A DNA stretch of 64,000 bases from Paecilomyces variotii (Eukaryota). The position numbers were made by a program, and so were the translations under genes. Numbering within the stretch: the stretch's first letter is position 1; each line of letters begins with the position of its first letter. The notes beneath the pieces are model-generated. The model worked only from the letters and a program-made list of their open reading frames with translations. It searched no databases and had not been told where the DNA came from. The stretch lies in NCBI GenBank assembly GCA_004022145.1, contig RCNU01000016.1; one strand, written 5' to 3'. Shown here piece after piece: positions 13,601 to 27,100 of this stretch.

Positions 13601-15109
13601 TCTTAAAGATATAATATAAATACTATATTATTATTTAGAGATTTATATCTTAATCTTAATAATAAAAAAATTCTTTTAAAAATAAGATAAAATTTACTAT
13701 TTAAGAACTCTTTATTAGCTAGCTAAGAGCTAAAGAGACTATTACCTTAAAATAAATATTCTAAAGGCTAAATACTATTAATTAAGAAAGTTTAAGAATT
13801 CTTTTAAAAATAATTAGCTAAAAGGTAATATAAACTTAAGTAAAGCCTTAAATTATAAGAGGTAAATTATAATATAAATATATAGAGAATTATAAAAGCT
13901 ATTTAATAGGCTAAAGCCGCTGCCTAAGAGATATTTAAATAAGCTTATTAAGCTTAAAAGGCTAAAAAATAAGAAACTTAAAAGATTAAAGCCTATTTTA
14001 AAGATTTTTACATAGCTTAAAACTATAAAAATATTTTAATTATAGACTTAAATAGCTTAAAAGATTAAATATTTATAAAAAAAGGCTAAGCCTATTATAA
14101 AGCCTTTAAATTACTATACTTAATTAAATATAATAAGTAAATTAAAGATAATATAGCTCTTAAATAAATTCTTAAGATAAAGAAATATTTTTAAAATAAA
14201 AAAGATCTTATAAAATAAGAAATAATTAAATATTAAAAAATAATCTTATATTAAAGCTATTTTAATAATAATATAAAGATTAAATAAAATAATTAATATA
14301 TATATATAAATAATAAAAAGGCTAAAGAAATTATAACTTTAATAGATTTTTAAAAATAATTATTAAAAAACTTTAAGAACTATAATAAGTATAATAAGCA
14401 CTAAAAATAATTTAAGAATTATAAGTAAAATAATTAGTTATTTTAAGAGTATACCTTAAGACTATAAGATATTATCTTAATATTAAACCTAGAGAATATA
14501 ATTAATAAAATAGTCTTATAAAAGTTAATTATAAGCGCTAAGGTAAAGCTTTAAATAAAATAGTATAAATATAAAATAAAACTAAAGACTATTAATAAAG
14601 TAATCTTATATTTTATATATTAAGAATAAAGTCTATAGGCCTCTATATTATTAATAACTATTAACTATAGATAAAATAAGAATAATATACTAGAGGTAAA
14701 TAACTTAATAAACCTAAATACTATTACTATAAACTTAAATTATTTAAAAAAATTATTATTAAGTTAGGCAATATAATATAAATATTACTAAGCTTATTTT
14801 AGCTATAAAGAGATAATATATTAATAAAAAGATTACCTTTATATTCCTTAAAATTATTTAGTAAAGGTAAACTTTATAAATATAAAAAAAGAGAAAAGTT
14901 AATAAATTTAAAAGCTCTTATTAATTACTTATATTATACTTCTTAAATAAAATTAAGCCTAATAATTTTAAATAATCTTAATCCCGCTAAAATTAAAAAA
15001 GGAAAGAAGAGATAAATAAAACTAAAGGAGAAAATTAATAAATTTAAGTAAACTACTTATTTATATATAATAAGTAAGTTACTTATATTATTTAATAGGT
15101 AAATTAGCC

Positions 15110-18100
15110 CGCTAGGCTAAGACTAATAAGTTTATATATTAATTAACTTAGGGGTAAGCTATATATTTATATTAAAAAGGCTACTTACTAAGAAATAATA
15201 GGTTTATTAAAGAGGGTAAGTAAATTCTCTTAATATTAAGCTACTAAATAGAGAATTAATAACTATAAAGTTAAATACTTAATTACTCTTAAAGATTAAA
15301 AGATAAACTAATTTAATCTACGCCTAGAAGATTAATATATATAATTATAATTTAATCTTAGGGCGAAACTAATTATAAAAAGTTAATCTTAATATTAATT
15401 AAAAAACTTTATAAATATATATCTGCAATAAATAAAGGTATTTTTATATTCTAGATCTTATTAATATAAGATAAACCTTAAAGAAAATACTCTTATTACT
15501 CTTAAATATAATATTAATAGTATAAATATTATAAATATTATAAAAGAAATTAATAGAAATAGTATTATAGCTAATTTAACTAATTAAAATAGGAATAAAC
15601 ATTAAACTTATTAAGATAAGTAATTTAAGACTAAAAGTCTTACTATAATAGTTTTACAAGGTCTTTTAAATAAAACTACTACTAGCTTTATTACTTAATA
15701 AAGAATTTAAGTATAATATTAAGATAGAAGATACTTAACCTATTAATATTAATTCCTATCCTCTATTATATACTTATATAGAGAAATTAAAATAATAAAT
15801 TAAAGAGCTATTAGCTAAGAGGCTAATATAATTCTTAATAAGCCTATAAGGCTTTTTAATACTCTTTATAAAGAAACTTAAAGGAAAATAGTAAATATAT
15901 ATTAATTATTAAGCCTTTAATAAGGTATTAATAAAGAATAAATATTTATTATTAAGAATTTAAGAATTACTAGATATAATTAGCTTAGCTTAGTATTTAT
16001 TTAAGATTAACTTACTATTAAGATATTAGTAAATTTAAATAAAAGTATTATTAATTCTTAAGACTACTTTTAATACTATCTTTAAAAAATTTAAATAGCT
16101 AATAATATTATTTAGACTTATAAATACTCTAGTAACTTTTTAAATAATAATAAATATAGTATTATAGAAGTTTACTAACTAGTTTTATATAGTATATTTA
16201 AATAATATTCTAATCTTCTTATAAATATTAGAGGAGTATTATATATATATTAAGGCTATTTTATAAGTATTAAAGAATAACTAATTATATATAAAGCTTA
16301 GTAAATATATATTTTTAATACTAGAGTTAAAGTTTTATAAATATATTATTAATAATAGCTATATATAACTAATACTTAAGAAGATTAAGGCGATTATAAT
16401 ATAGCCTTAACTTAAAAATATATATAAAATATAATAATTCTTAAGACTAGTAATATATTATTAATAATTTATTAAGGACTTTTTTTAAATAGCTATTTTA
16501 TTATCTAATTTATTAAAGGAAGTAAATAAGATATTATATAAAAAAAAGTTTTATCTTATTATATAAAATATAATATATAAAGCTATTTCTCTTTATATTT
16601 AAACGGCTCTATTATTTAAGCCTATGCTTATATAATTAATTTATAAGAAACTATTTATTATTAAGATAAATGCCTTAGAATAAGCTATTAAAGATATATT
16701 AATATAGAAAAATAAAGGAAATATAATATATTCTATTATATTTAATAGGTAAAAGTTAAATAATATAGAATTTAATTACTCTATATATAAGAAAGAATTA
16801 TTAGTAATTAAGTATATATTTTAGCTTTAAAATTAGTATATTAATAATAATATAATAATAATAATTCTTATAGACTATAAGAGCTTATAATACCTTTAAT
16901 TAATTAGAATATACTTAAAATACTTAGTAAAATAAGTATTAAAGTTTTAAGAATATAATCTAGATATTTAATACTATAGAAGATTTAAGGCTATTATACT
17001 AAATACTATTAGCTACTAGCTTAACTTTATAAAGAATTAGCTAATAAATATTATAGAATTAATAGCTTAATTAGCTATAATATATAGAGTATTTAAGGAT
17101 AAATAAGTTATTACTATAATTAAATTCTATAAGAAAGAAATAGTCTTTAAAAAGAATTAACTTGCAAAATTAATTAAAGAAGAAGCTTTAAGGTTTAAAA
17201 TATTAACTCTAGAGTTAATTTTTAAATAATATCCTTATATAGAGATATAAGAATAAGAAGAAGGCGCCTTACCTAGAACTACTATTTAAACGCGATTTAA
17301 TATACTAAATATATAATAAGTTTAATTACTTAAAATACTTAAGATTAAAAGATATTCTCTATATATAAATATAGTAGCTAAATATATAAAAGGATATATA
17401 AAATTATATAGTAACTTATTTAAACTATTAAGTTACTTAATACCTATAATAGTTACTAGAAAGAGAAAAAGCTTAATATTAAATAAAGATAAGTATCTTA
17501 CTATTTAAGAGATAAGAAATTAACTTAATTAAATAATTACTTATAATACTTAATAGTAATTATTAAATAATTATAGTAATTAATTATACTATAAATTAGC
17601 TAATTATAGTAATTAATTATACTATAAATTAGCTAATTATAAAGACTTTATTAAATATAATAAAAAAAGTAATTATATAATTTCTTTATAATAAAATCTA
17701 TATTAATTATAATACTTTATATAAAATTCTTATTAATAATAATTATAATCTGCTTATAAGAGTAATATAATACTATCTTAAGCTATTAAAGACTAGATAT
17801 AAGATAATAATATTATAATATCTATATATAAATAATAAGGTAAAAAACTTAAATAGTATATTAAGATAAATATTAATAAAATATCTCTTAGAGAAATTAA
17901 CCTGCCTATAAGATAAGTATTTCCTATAAATAATCTTTGCAATAAAAATTAAAAAACATATAATATCTAATATTAGCTTATTTTACTTAATATATAAGAT
18001 ATACTTATAAATTCTAAGTAATAAGATTAATATATTAAATAAAGAGTAATTAATTAAGAATAGTAATAAGCGCCTATAGAGAGTAAACTATATATAATTA

Positions 18101-18690
18101 TTAATTAATAAATAATTGCTTAATAAAGCTATATATATATAAAAAATTTAAGATAAAGCTATTATAAAGATAAGCTTTATAGTTAAAATATAAGTTTTAA
18201 TTTATAATAAGACTTATTAGAAGTTATAATATAATTAGTTTAAGCTATATTATATTCTTAAGATATATCCTTTAAGAATATATACTCTAGAGAAACTAAG
18301 TAAATAAATACTCTATAACTTAATTAATAGATTAAGATTAATAGAGATAAAAATTAATAATTTAAAGTAGCTATAGATATTATTAGCCTATAACTATATC
18401 TTAATATAGTAAAAATAGAAGATTAAATAACTTATTAAAATATATAATATTATTAATAGTAATAAACTTACTCTTATAATTTATTTAGAGCTATTATTAA
18501 TAATAAGGGCTAAATAAAAAAAGCGCGAGTATATAAGAATATATCTAGATAAAATAAAGGAGAGAAATAAGATAATTAACTATATACTGCAGAAAAGATA
18601 ATATATTAAGAAAAATATAAAGGTATATAATTAACTTTATCTAGGACTTTAATATAAGTAATATTAAATATATAAAGAGAACTTATTAAA
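15110..18690 (+). pseudogene. pol: pol of element E (PR-RT-RH-IN)
   Basis: De-RIP Gypsy pol motifs in the expected order, many TAA/TAG stops; ends approximate. Confidence 0.8.
17568..17641 (+). repeat. 33 bp tandem duplication (2.2 units) inside the E integrase
   Basis: TAATTATAGTAATTAATTATACTATAAATTAGC x2, in frame, duplicating reconstructed ITAIDYATGWP. Confidence 0.85.
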
Positions 18691-18928
18691 TTAAGAGTTT
18701 ATTATCTCTTTAAAGATATTATTATAATTAGAAATAAATAAAGAAATAATAAATATATTAAAAGAGAAAGTTATAGCTAAATAAAATATTAAAAAGCTAG
18801 TAGAAATTATTTGTTTTAATTAATTATTTATAATAACTATTAATAACTTTAAGCAGTAAGATAAAGTATTATTAATATAAGGAAATATATAATAAGAAGA
18901 AAGTATATCTATAAGAAAAAATATCTAT

Positions 18929-19186
18929 TAATATAGAAAAGGTATTAATAAGAAGAATAGTATAAGAAGCTATATAAGAACTTAAGCTATAAGGTATAAC
19001 TAGGCATAGAGAATAAAAGTATTATAGAATAACCTAGTACTATATAAATAAGACTATAATATATATAATGCTAAGAAATAAAGAGGTATTAATCTAAATA
19101 TATAATATATAGTTAAGGGAATAAGCTAACTATAGCTCTAACTATATAATATTATTATATAATATAGTTATAGATTCTCTATAATA
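18929..19186 (-). repeat. 3' LTR of C1
   Basis: 258 bp, aligns with 47427-47682. Confidence 0.9.
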
Positions 19187-19324
19187 TATAACTAAAGCTT
19201 AGTATTAGTATCTCCTGCTAATATTAGAAAGAAAGAAAAAAATATAATAAATATTATAAACTAGTACTAGTAATAAGAGAAAAAAGATAAAGAAGAGATA
19301 ATTAAAAAAGCATATATAAATCCT

Positions 19325-22300
19325 CTAATAATAATTATTCCTTAAGCTTAAACTTATAAAGATTATATTATTAATTAAGTATATAGAAATAAGAGCAGGT
19401 ATTAAGATAATAATATTAATACTATACTCTTAATAGTAGAAGTATAAATTCTTCTTAAAGATATATTTCTTAACTTTTTATATAAGCTTTATAGCCTTAA
19501 AAGCCTTAATAAAAGCGCGCTATCTCTAATTATAGATATATCTCCTACCTTTTTTATAGCTCTTAGTTATAATAAAGAGCTCTGCTTAAATTATAAGATT
19601 AATCTATTAAACTCTCTTTATAAATATATTAGAGATATTTTTTAAGCCTATAATTAGAATAGCTACTAGAAATATATATAAAATAGTAATATATTAATTT
19701 ATAAGCCTAGATAGAGAAGTAATCTTAGAAATAAGGTCTTAATATATTATAAATAGCTATTTCTATATCTTAGCCTTTATAATATTAAGAGTTTAATAAT
19801 TCTTTTAAATCTTAATATACTATAAGAGAAGAGTATACTTAATATATATAGCGGGTCTTATTAATCTATATAATAATATAAAATATATAATATAAGTATT
19901 AAATATATAATATATCTTATTAATTTAATTTATACTAAAGTCTTAAGTATTTTAATATATAAATATCTAGTTATTTATATAATAAATAAAGCTAGCTAAT
20001 ACTAGTCTATACTTCTAGATATAAGGCTATTATTCTTTAAATTTCTAATATATACCTAGGAGTATCTATATATAGTTTCTCGTATTCTTATAATTAAGAG
20101 ATATATTACTTTAAATTATTATAGAACTATAGTTATATTAAATTAAGTCTAGAATATTTATATTAATATACTAAAAGAAGATAAAATCTCTAAGCCTTAT
20201 ATATTTTATATAGTAAGAATAAGCAATTAAATACTAGTTCTTATCTAGCTAATATATAATATACTATAGATAATAAGCAGGGTCTTAATATATAATTTAC
20301 TATATAATAGAGTAATATATAGCTTATAGTTATTTTAAGTTATTTTAATTACTTATCTTATGCTAGTAGTATATATATATATTAAACTCTTTATAAGCAA
20401 TTAAAGAGATAAATAGCTAGTTAATATATATAGAGCTTATTAAGATTTTCTTTTATTAAAATATTAATCTTAAGATAATAAGTAAATTAAAAACTACTTA
20501 TTTTTACTTTATAAAACTAGCTTTTAGCTCTCTTTATTATAAATATAGTAAAATACTAATTATATTTATTAAGAACTCTTAATCTAGATCTTAATATTTT
20601 TAAATAATTAATATTACTATTTATACTAAAATATATTAATAAATACTTAAAGTATCTTTAAATTAAATAAAATAGAAGTCTTAATAAAACTAATAATAGT
20701 AAGAAATATAAAAATCTCTCTAAGTTAGTAATAGTAATTATAGAGACCTTTAATATATATATAAATAAGCTAGTTATAATCTAGACTATAGGTCTATATT
20801 TTAGCTTTTAAAGCTAAGAGCTTTATATATATAAAATAGATATACTTATTTAATATAGTAAGGGCAGCCTTTATTTATTCTATAAGTTTTATAAGCTTAA
20901 TATCTAAGATCTTAACCCTCTTACTAATCCTCTAGTAAATACTCTTAAATAAACCTTAATACCTATATCTTATTCTAGATATTTAAGATATTTTTAAAAA
21001 GGTCTTATTTATATTATTAAGATTACTAAGAATATCTATAGACTTAATAATAAATTACTTTATTATAATAGCAGCAGCGGCAGTATTTTAATACTTATAT
21101 AATATTAGAGAAGGAGAGCTTAGTTTTAATTAGCCGGGGGATTTTATAGATAGTAACTTATAAAATCCTAGTAAATTAAGAGTCTTACTAATTCTAGATA
21201 GAATAAATAAGATTAATAGTATTCTCTAAGGTATAATAATATCGCGAGGTATAATTATACCTGTATAAGGTAATAAGAAGCTATTACTACTTCTAACTTA
21301 AGGCTTATATACTAAAGATATTAATAACTATAATAAATATATTAGAGATAAAATTATTATAGATAATCTTAGAGATAAGGAGATTTTTTATAGTAGAGAT
21401 TATAGTTTAACAAGGATAGATAGGCTAAAAGGATTATACTCTATTTATAAGCTTTAAAGCTCTATCTATAGGATTAGATAAAGATCTTAAAAGGAAAGAA
21501 GGTTATTAATATTAGCTAGCTATAGGGTTTTTTTAGAACTTTTCCCTTTATTAAAATATAAGAGCCTATTAATTATAACCCTATTTAATATATAGATAGT
21601 ATCTTTAAAAGAATTAGTATTCTTTATAAAAATAACTATATATTTAGCTATTTATTTAGAGTTAATATAATATTATATAAGCTCTATATTCTTAGAGCCC
21701 TACTTATTTATAATATTTCTCTTTATATTCTTAATTTATCTCTTTCTATTACTAACTTTCTTATAGATAGCCTTAATATTTTTAAAGTTATTCTAAAATT
21801 ACTTAGCACTAATAGTATATAATTAAATTTAAGAGGATTTAATATACTCTTATAGTTATATAAAGAGATTATCTATAGCTTTATAATTCTAGTATAATAT
21901 AATAGCTAGCTGAAGCTAACAGCTATATTAAAGGGTTATTAATTACTAGTTAATAAAGCTAATAGCTTCTTATAGAAAAGAGAACTAGATATTATTAATT
22001 ATTAAAGTATTATCTTAGCTAGTTAGTATAAGCGCAGGCGCAGTAAGGTAAGGAGCAATTTAATAGTATAATATAGTTATAAAGAAGTAAAGTAAGAGAA
22101 GCAGAATAATAAAAGAAATTATTTAATAAGAGAAAAAAGAGAATATACTTACTAATAAAATAGTAAGATTCTAACCTCTTTCTACTATCTCTAACTAGAG
22201 CTAGAATTAATTATAGTCTTCTTAAAATAGTAGAGAATAAAAGATAAATCTAATAGGTATTTTATTAAGTAATAGGCAGGTAAATAATAATTCTCTAAAA
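19325..22300 (-). pseudogene. Extra ORF3 of family C with a C-terminal PhyH-like 2OG-Fe(II) dioxygenase domain (19439-20392)
   Basis: One frame over 20392-19439 reads after de-RIP EFDMY..LGWLRAMYHS..QQIVRQDPAYY..RPD..YPYY..PGD.TFFRHID.N..IQG.VSLD.E..NCT.ILPGMH..EWW..LPHGSTGPA..RT.LPW..ISDALVGR..FGKNSYF. Outer ends approximate; possible intron (GTAAGT) near 22150. Confidence 0.75.
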
Positions 22301-22489
22301 TAGTAGTAATAGTAAGCGTAATAAAATAATTAGCTTAAGGGTTTAAAAAGAGTAAAAAAGAAAAAAAAAATAAGAACTTAAGATATAGTAAGATATTAAA
22401 TTTACTATATATAAATTTACCGCTTAGAATAAATTCCTAAATAAGAATAACTATTATTATATAGATTTAGCTAATTAAATAGCTTTATT

Positions 22490-24099
22490 AATTAGAATAA
22501 GTTAGATTAATAATTATAGCTATATTTTATTTAAATAGAATCTAGTCCTCTGCCGCAGCTTTAGCGTCTATATTGCTTAATCTAGCCCTATTATCTTTTT
22601 ACTTATCTTTAAATATATAGTTTATCTTAATAATACTGCTTATTTTAAAGGTATTATCCCCCTTATTTAAAAAGCTAATAGCCTTATTAGACTTAGAGAT
22701 AAAGCCCTTTAATTAATTCTTACTAATAATTCTATTTAATAGTATACTATTTAGCTCTTTAAGATAGTAAAATCCTAAATTCTGCAGAACCTTATATATA
22801 TAATATAGGCTAAGCTAATAAAAGGCTAGTTTATTTAAATAAGATATATTATTCTCCCTTTATATATTATAAAGCAATACTAGAGACTTATTCTTAAGCT
22901 CTTTAATATAGATATTATAATAGTTATTAAAATATTCCTTATTTTACTTATATATATACTCTAGATATATAGCTACTTCTTTAAGGTCTTAATTATATTA
23001 TTTTATCTAATAAGCTCTTATAGTAAATAAGTTAGCAGTAGTTTAAATAGTCTTCTATAGAAATATAGACTATATAGAGATTTCTAGGTTAATAAGTAAA
23101 ATTGCTTCTTAACCTATAAATAGGTAATATAAAGTTATACTAGTACTTATATAAATAATATAATAGTCTATAAGTAGTATTACAGGTAGGTATTAGAGCT
23201 ATCTTTTACTAGTTCTATTTATTATTTTAAATAATATATCTTTAATAAGATAATATCTTAATTCTATAATACTATTTAATTATAGGTAATATAATAAGAT
23301 AGAGATCTTCTTAATACTATACTTAATAATAAGAGCTTTTATTAAGGCTTAATTTTCCGGCTCTTTATTTTAATTCTTTAATAATTTTAAGAGGTAGATT
23401 AAAATAGTAAAAGATATCTTTCTATAAAAACTTTATAATTATATTTAAAATAGCTATAGTAAAAGTATAAGTTTTTACCTATTTAAATAGGCTATTCCTA
23501 AGGATAATAAGAAAGTTCTTATTATAATCTAGGGGTATATAGACTATATTAATATAAACCTTAGCCTATAGTATTAATAGCTATATTAAGTATAATACCT
23601 TTTCTTACCTATCTAATTCTTGCAGTTAATATAGGAGATAAGTCTTAATATAATATTTTATATTAAGGTATAGGCCTAGCTATTAATAGCGAGCTATAAT
23701 TTAATAATTTATATCTTCTTTTCCTCTATAATTATATTCTTTATATATTATATATAAGATTCTCTCTCTATTTTTTTTATTATTAATAACCCTATATAAA
23801 GATATATTCTTACTTATATAGTAGAATAGATACTAATCTTTAACTAAAAGTTTTAAGGCTTTCTTTTAGAACTATTAGAATTCTCTTATTAATATACTCT
23901 AAGACTTTTCTAAAATTATTAAGTACTTAGTAATATACTCAGATTCTTTAGAATAGGAAAAATTAAGAATATAAACTTTTTCTTTAGCTTAAGATATAAT
24001 TATATATATAAGTATAATATATATAAGAAAGTAACTTAGCTAATCTTAGATAAAGTTATTTATATCTTTTTTAGTATTTACTATTAGCCCTATTAAGAA
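22490..24099 (-). pseudogene. pol: C1 pol 3' part (RNase H end, integrase)
   Basis: Integrase-like reading ending EDWIP...IAVII, similar to the family A tail; cut at 24100 by A2. Confidence 0.75.
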
Positions 24100-24103
24100 A
24101 TAG

Positions 24104-27100
24104 TATAGTAGGGAGGATTAGTGTAAAGAATGTAATTAGTTAAGAGGTTATATGCTTTTACTTAAAGTCTTTAAAAGGTTTATAAATAAAGCAGGAGAAG
24201 AGAGAGATAATACCTTTTAGTTATTTAAAATAAAATAATTAGCTTTTCCTTTCTATTATTATTTAGTATTAGTTCAGCATTAGATTATTATTAGTTTATT
24301 ATATTAGTCTATAGCTAGAGCTTCTCTTCTAGCTCTACTCTAAGCTTTAAAGCCAAATCCTCTTCTCTTCCTTCTTAATACTTACTCGCTTAAAGACTTT
24401 ATACTAAGTCTTAACATATTTTCTCATAATAAATTAGAGCTAAACGCGGGGGGTATTAAAATATTAAGTAGAAATAAAGAAGAAAAGAGAATTAAAAGCT
24501 AAGGTTAAGGCTAAAGCTAAAAAAAGGGGTAAGAAGCAGTAAAAAGATAAATAAAATAGCTAAAGAAGATTACTACTATAAATAGAAAGAGATAAATATA
24601 CCTCTTAGATTAGCAGAGATAGTAAATATAATATAGGGTAAAAACGCGTATTAATAATAAAAGAAAGGAAGGACTACTAAATATAAGGAAGAGTTTAGCA
24701 AATATAAAAGGGAAGCAGAAATTTAAAAAGAATAGGAAATTATTAAGTAAGAACTATTTATTAAAAAATAGAAGAATTTCTTATTATTATCTTTATTACT
24801 ATTTCTTTAAAAAAAATATAGAGAAAAATACTAATCTTTTTAGCATTAGTTAAGATAGAAGGACTTCTAGCTCTTTAGTATTATTAAGTCTAGAGATATA
24901 GATAGCTTAGGCATTTAAAAACATAGGACTACTAATAATATAACTAATTTAAGTTATATTAGCTCTACAGATACTAATGCCTAAAAATCCTAAGGCACTA
25001 TATTTTAAAGGGGATAATATTATTTATTATCTAAGGCTTTTTAAGAGGCTATATAAGGCGAATTAACTCCTAGAAAAGGAAAAAACTAAATAGTTTATAG
25101 ATTATTATAGCCCGTCGGTATTATTATAAATAAGTATTTAACCTAAATATAAAGAGAAGAACTACTTAAAATTAGCAGAGGCGACTAAATAAGAGTATAT
25201 TTACTATAATAAGTACTAAAGGAAATATAATATTTAATAGCTAAAAAGGTTTAAAAATATAAAATATAATAGTTCTAAGAATTTAAAGGAGTATAATTAA
25301 GAATATTAAGCTATATTAGAAGCGCTAGTAACTTTAAATAAGTTAAGCTAATATTTATAGGGAGTTTAATATCTTTAAGGACTTTTAAAAGAGCTTAAAT
25401 AGCAAATAGTTTAAGAGTTAAATATAGACTACTATATTCTATCTACTATTAAATATACTAATTTCTACAAGAAGATAGTAAATAGGGTAAGAATAATTAA
25501 AACCCTTCGCTATTTTAATAATAGCAAACTAGAGAAAGATTAAGATATAATAGCTTTAATAAAGGAGAAGATAACTAAAGAAGATAATATATAACTTCTT
25601 ATTAAACCTAATAGAACTTACCTAGATAAGAATAAGAGTAGGACTAAATAATAGAGCATTAAAGTAAAGTTAATAGAGCAGTTATAAATTAATCAGTTAA
25701 TAAAAAAGTTTAAGAAGTTAAAACTATATAATATATAATATATAGGGAGGCTTAATAGTAGTATATCTAATACTAATATAAATATATAAGCTAGGGCGCC
25801 TTTAAGATTTAACCCAACTAGAGGATTTAGAATATCTCTAAACTTATATAACTTCTACTAGGCTCCTAATTATATTTAATCTTATTACTTAGATTTAAAA
25901 AGCTTCTTAAATTAGAAGCTTATCTATTAGGGAGAAGATTATAAACTTTATTTTAGGCTAAAAAAATAGAATAGAGAAGTTATTTATCTTATATAAAAGA
26001 ATATATTATAAAAAGAGATTATTAAACAGAGATTAAAGGAAGAATAAAAGAATATTAGCTTAATTAAGTATAATATCCAGTCGATTATACTAGGATAGCC
26101 TAGGGATAACTTAAGCTCTAAAGAAAAAGCCGGGGATATTATAAAAAATTACTACTCTATTAATATAATAAGATTAAATAAGCCCTAAAGAGTAAAAAAA
26201 AGGTAAAGCGGGACTAAATAACTATATAAGGAAAAATTATAAAAAGCAATTAAATGAAAATAGAGATTTCCTTTAGTTAAAACAAATTAATTCGGCAATT
26301 ATTAGCCTCTAAGTATAATTAAGAAAGTAAGGATAATTAAAGAGGAAATAAAAAATGCGCCTAAGTAGAGTAAGGATAAAAAGGCTATTAAGATAAAAGA
26401 GAAATAAAAGTTAAAGAGATTTAAAATTATAAATAAGCTAAAAGAGACTATTAATATAATAGGGGTTATAAATTAAATATTAAATACTAGAGTTTAAATA
26501 TTAATTTAGGACCTTATCGGTTTATCTCTTAATTTATATAAGGCCTTGTTTATCTTATAACCGCAGCAGGTAATAATAAAAGCAATATTCTATAATATTA
26601 AAGGAGTACAGTTTAATGCCTCTATATTAAATACAGAGTATATAATAAATAGTGCGAATTAATGCACTTATATATTCTTATAATTTAAGCCTCTTAATAA
26701 AGATAAAGTATTATATATAGCTGTAACTCTAAAATTGCCGATTAAAATTAATAGTTATAAGGGGATATAAAATATTATAGTAGATAGTAAAGCCGAAATT
26801 AATATAATATATAGAGATATAATAAATTACTATAAACTTATTATAAGCTAGAAATTTAGAGGTAATATAATATTAGTAGATAGCGGGTAAACCCCTTTTA
26901 TAGGTCTCTATAAGAAGATACCTATATAGGTAAAATCTTTCTATTATAAGGTCTCTTTCTTTATAATAAATAATAAGATTAACTATAATTATATTCTGGG
27001 ACAGCCTTTTAAGCATTAAGTATATTTGCGGCATATTGCTTTATTAAATAAAATAATAAAGAGTATAATTTACTCTATAGACTAAAAGAATCGAGCTATT

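Larger units (their letters stand above)
13334..18924 (+). mobile_element. Ty3/Gypsy retrotransposon E (heavily RIPed, 3' LTR not found, boundaries approximate)
   Basis: Putative LTR from TATAAAGGG at 13334 with two hairpins. Protease D-S-G at about 15145, RT WRMCIDYRALN and YLDD at 16195-16206, RNase H ETDAS, integrase WGIDLIG, HPRTNGKVE and WFGPY. Confidence 0.8.

Noticed and set aside
17446-18700. Separate element after an apparent break in E
   Set aside because: De-RIP translation shows it is the continuing E integrase.
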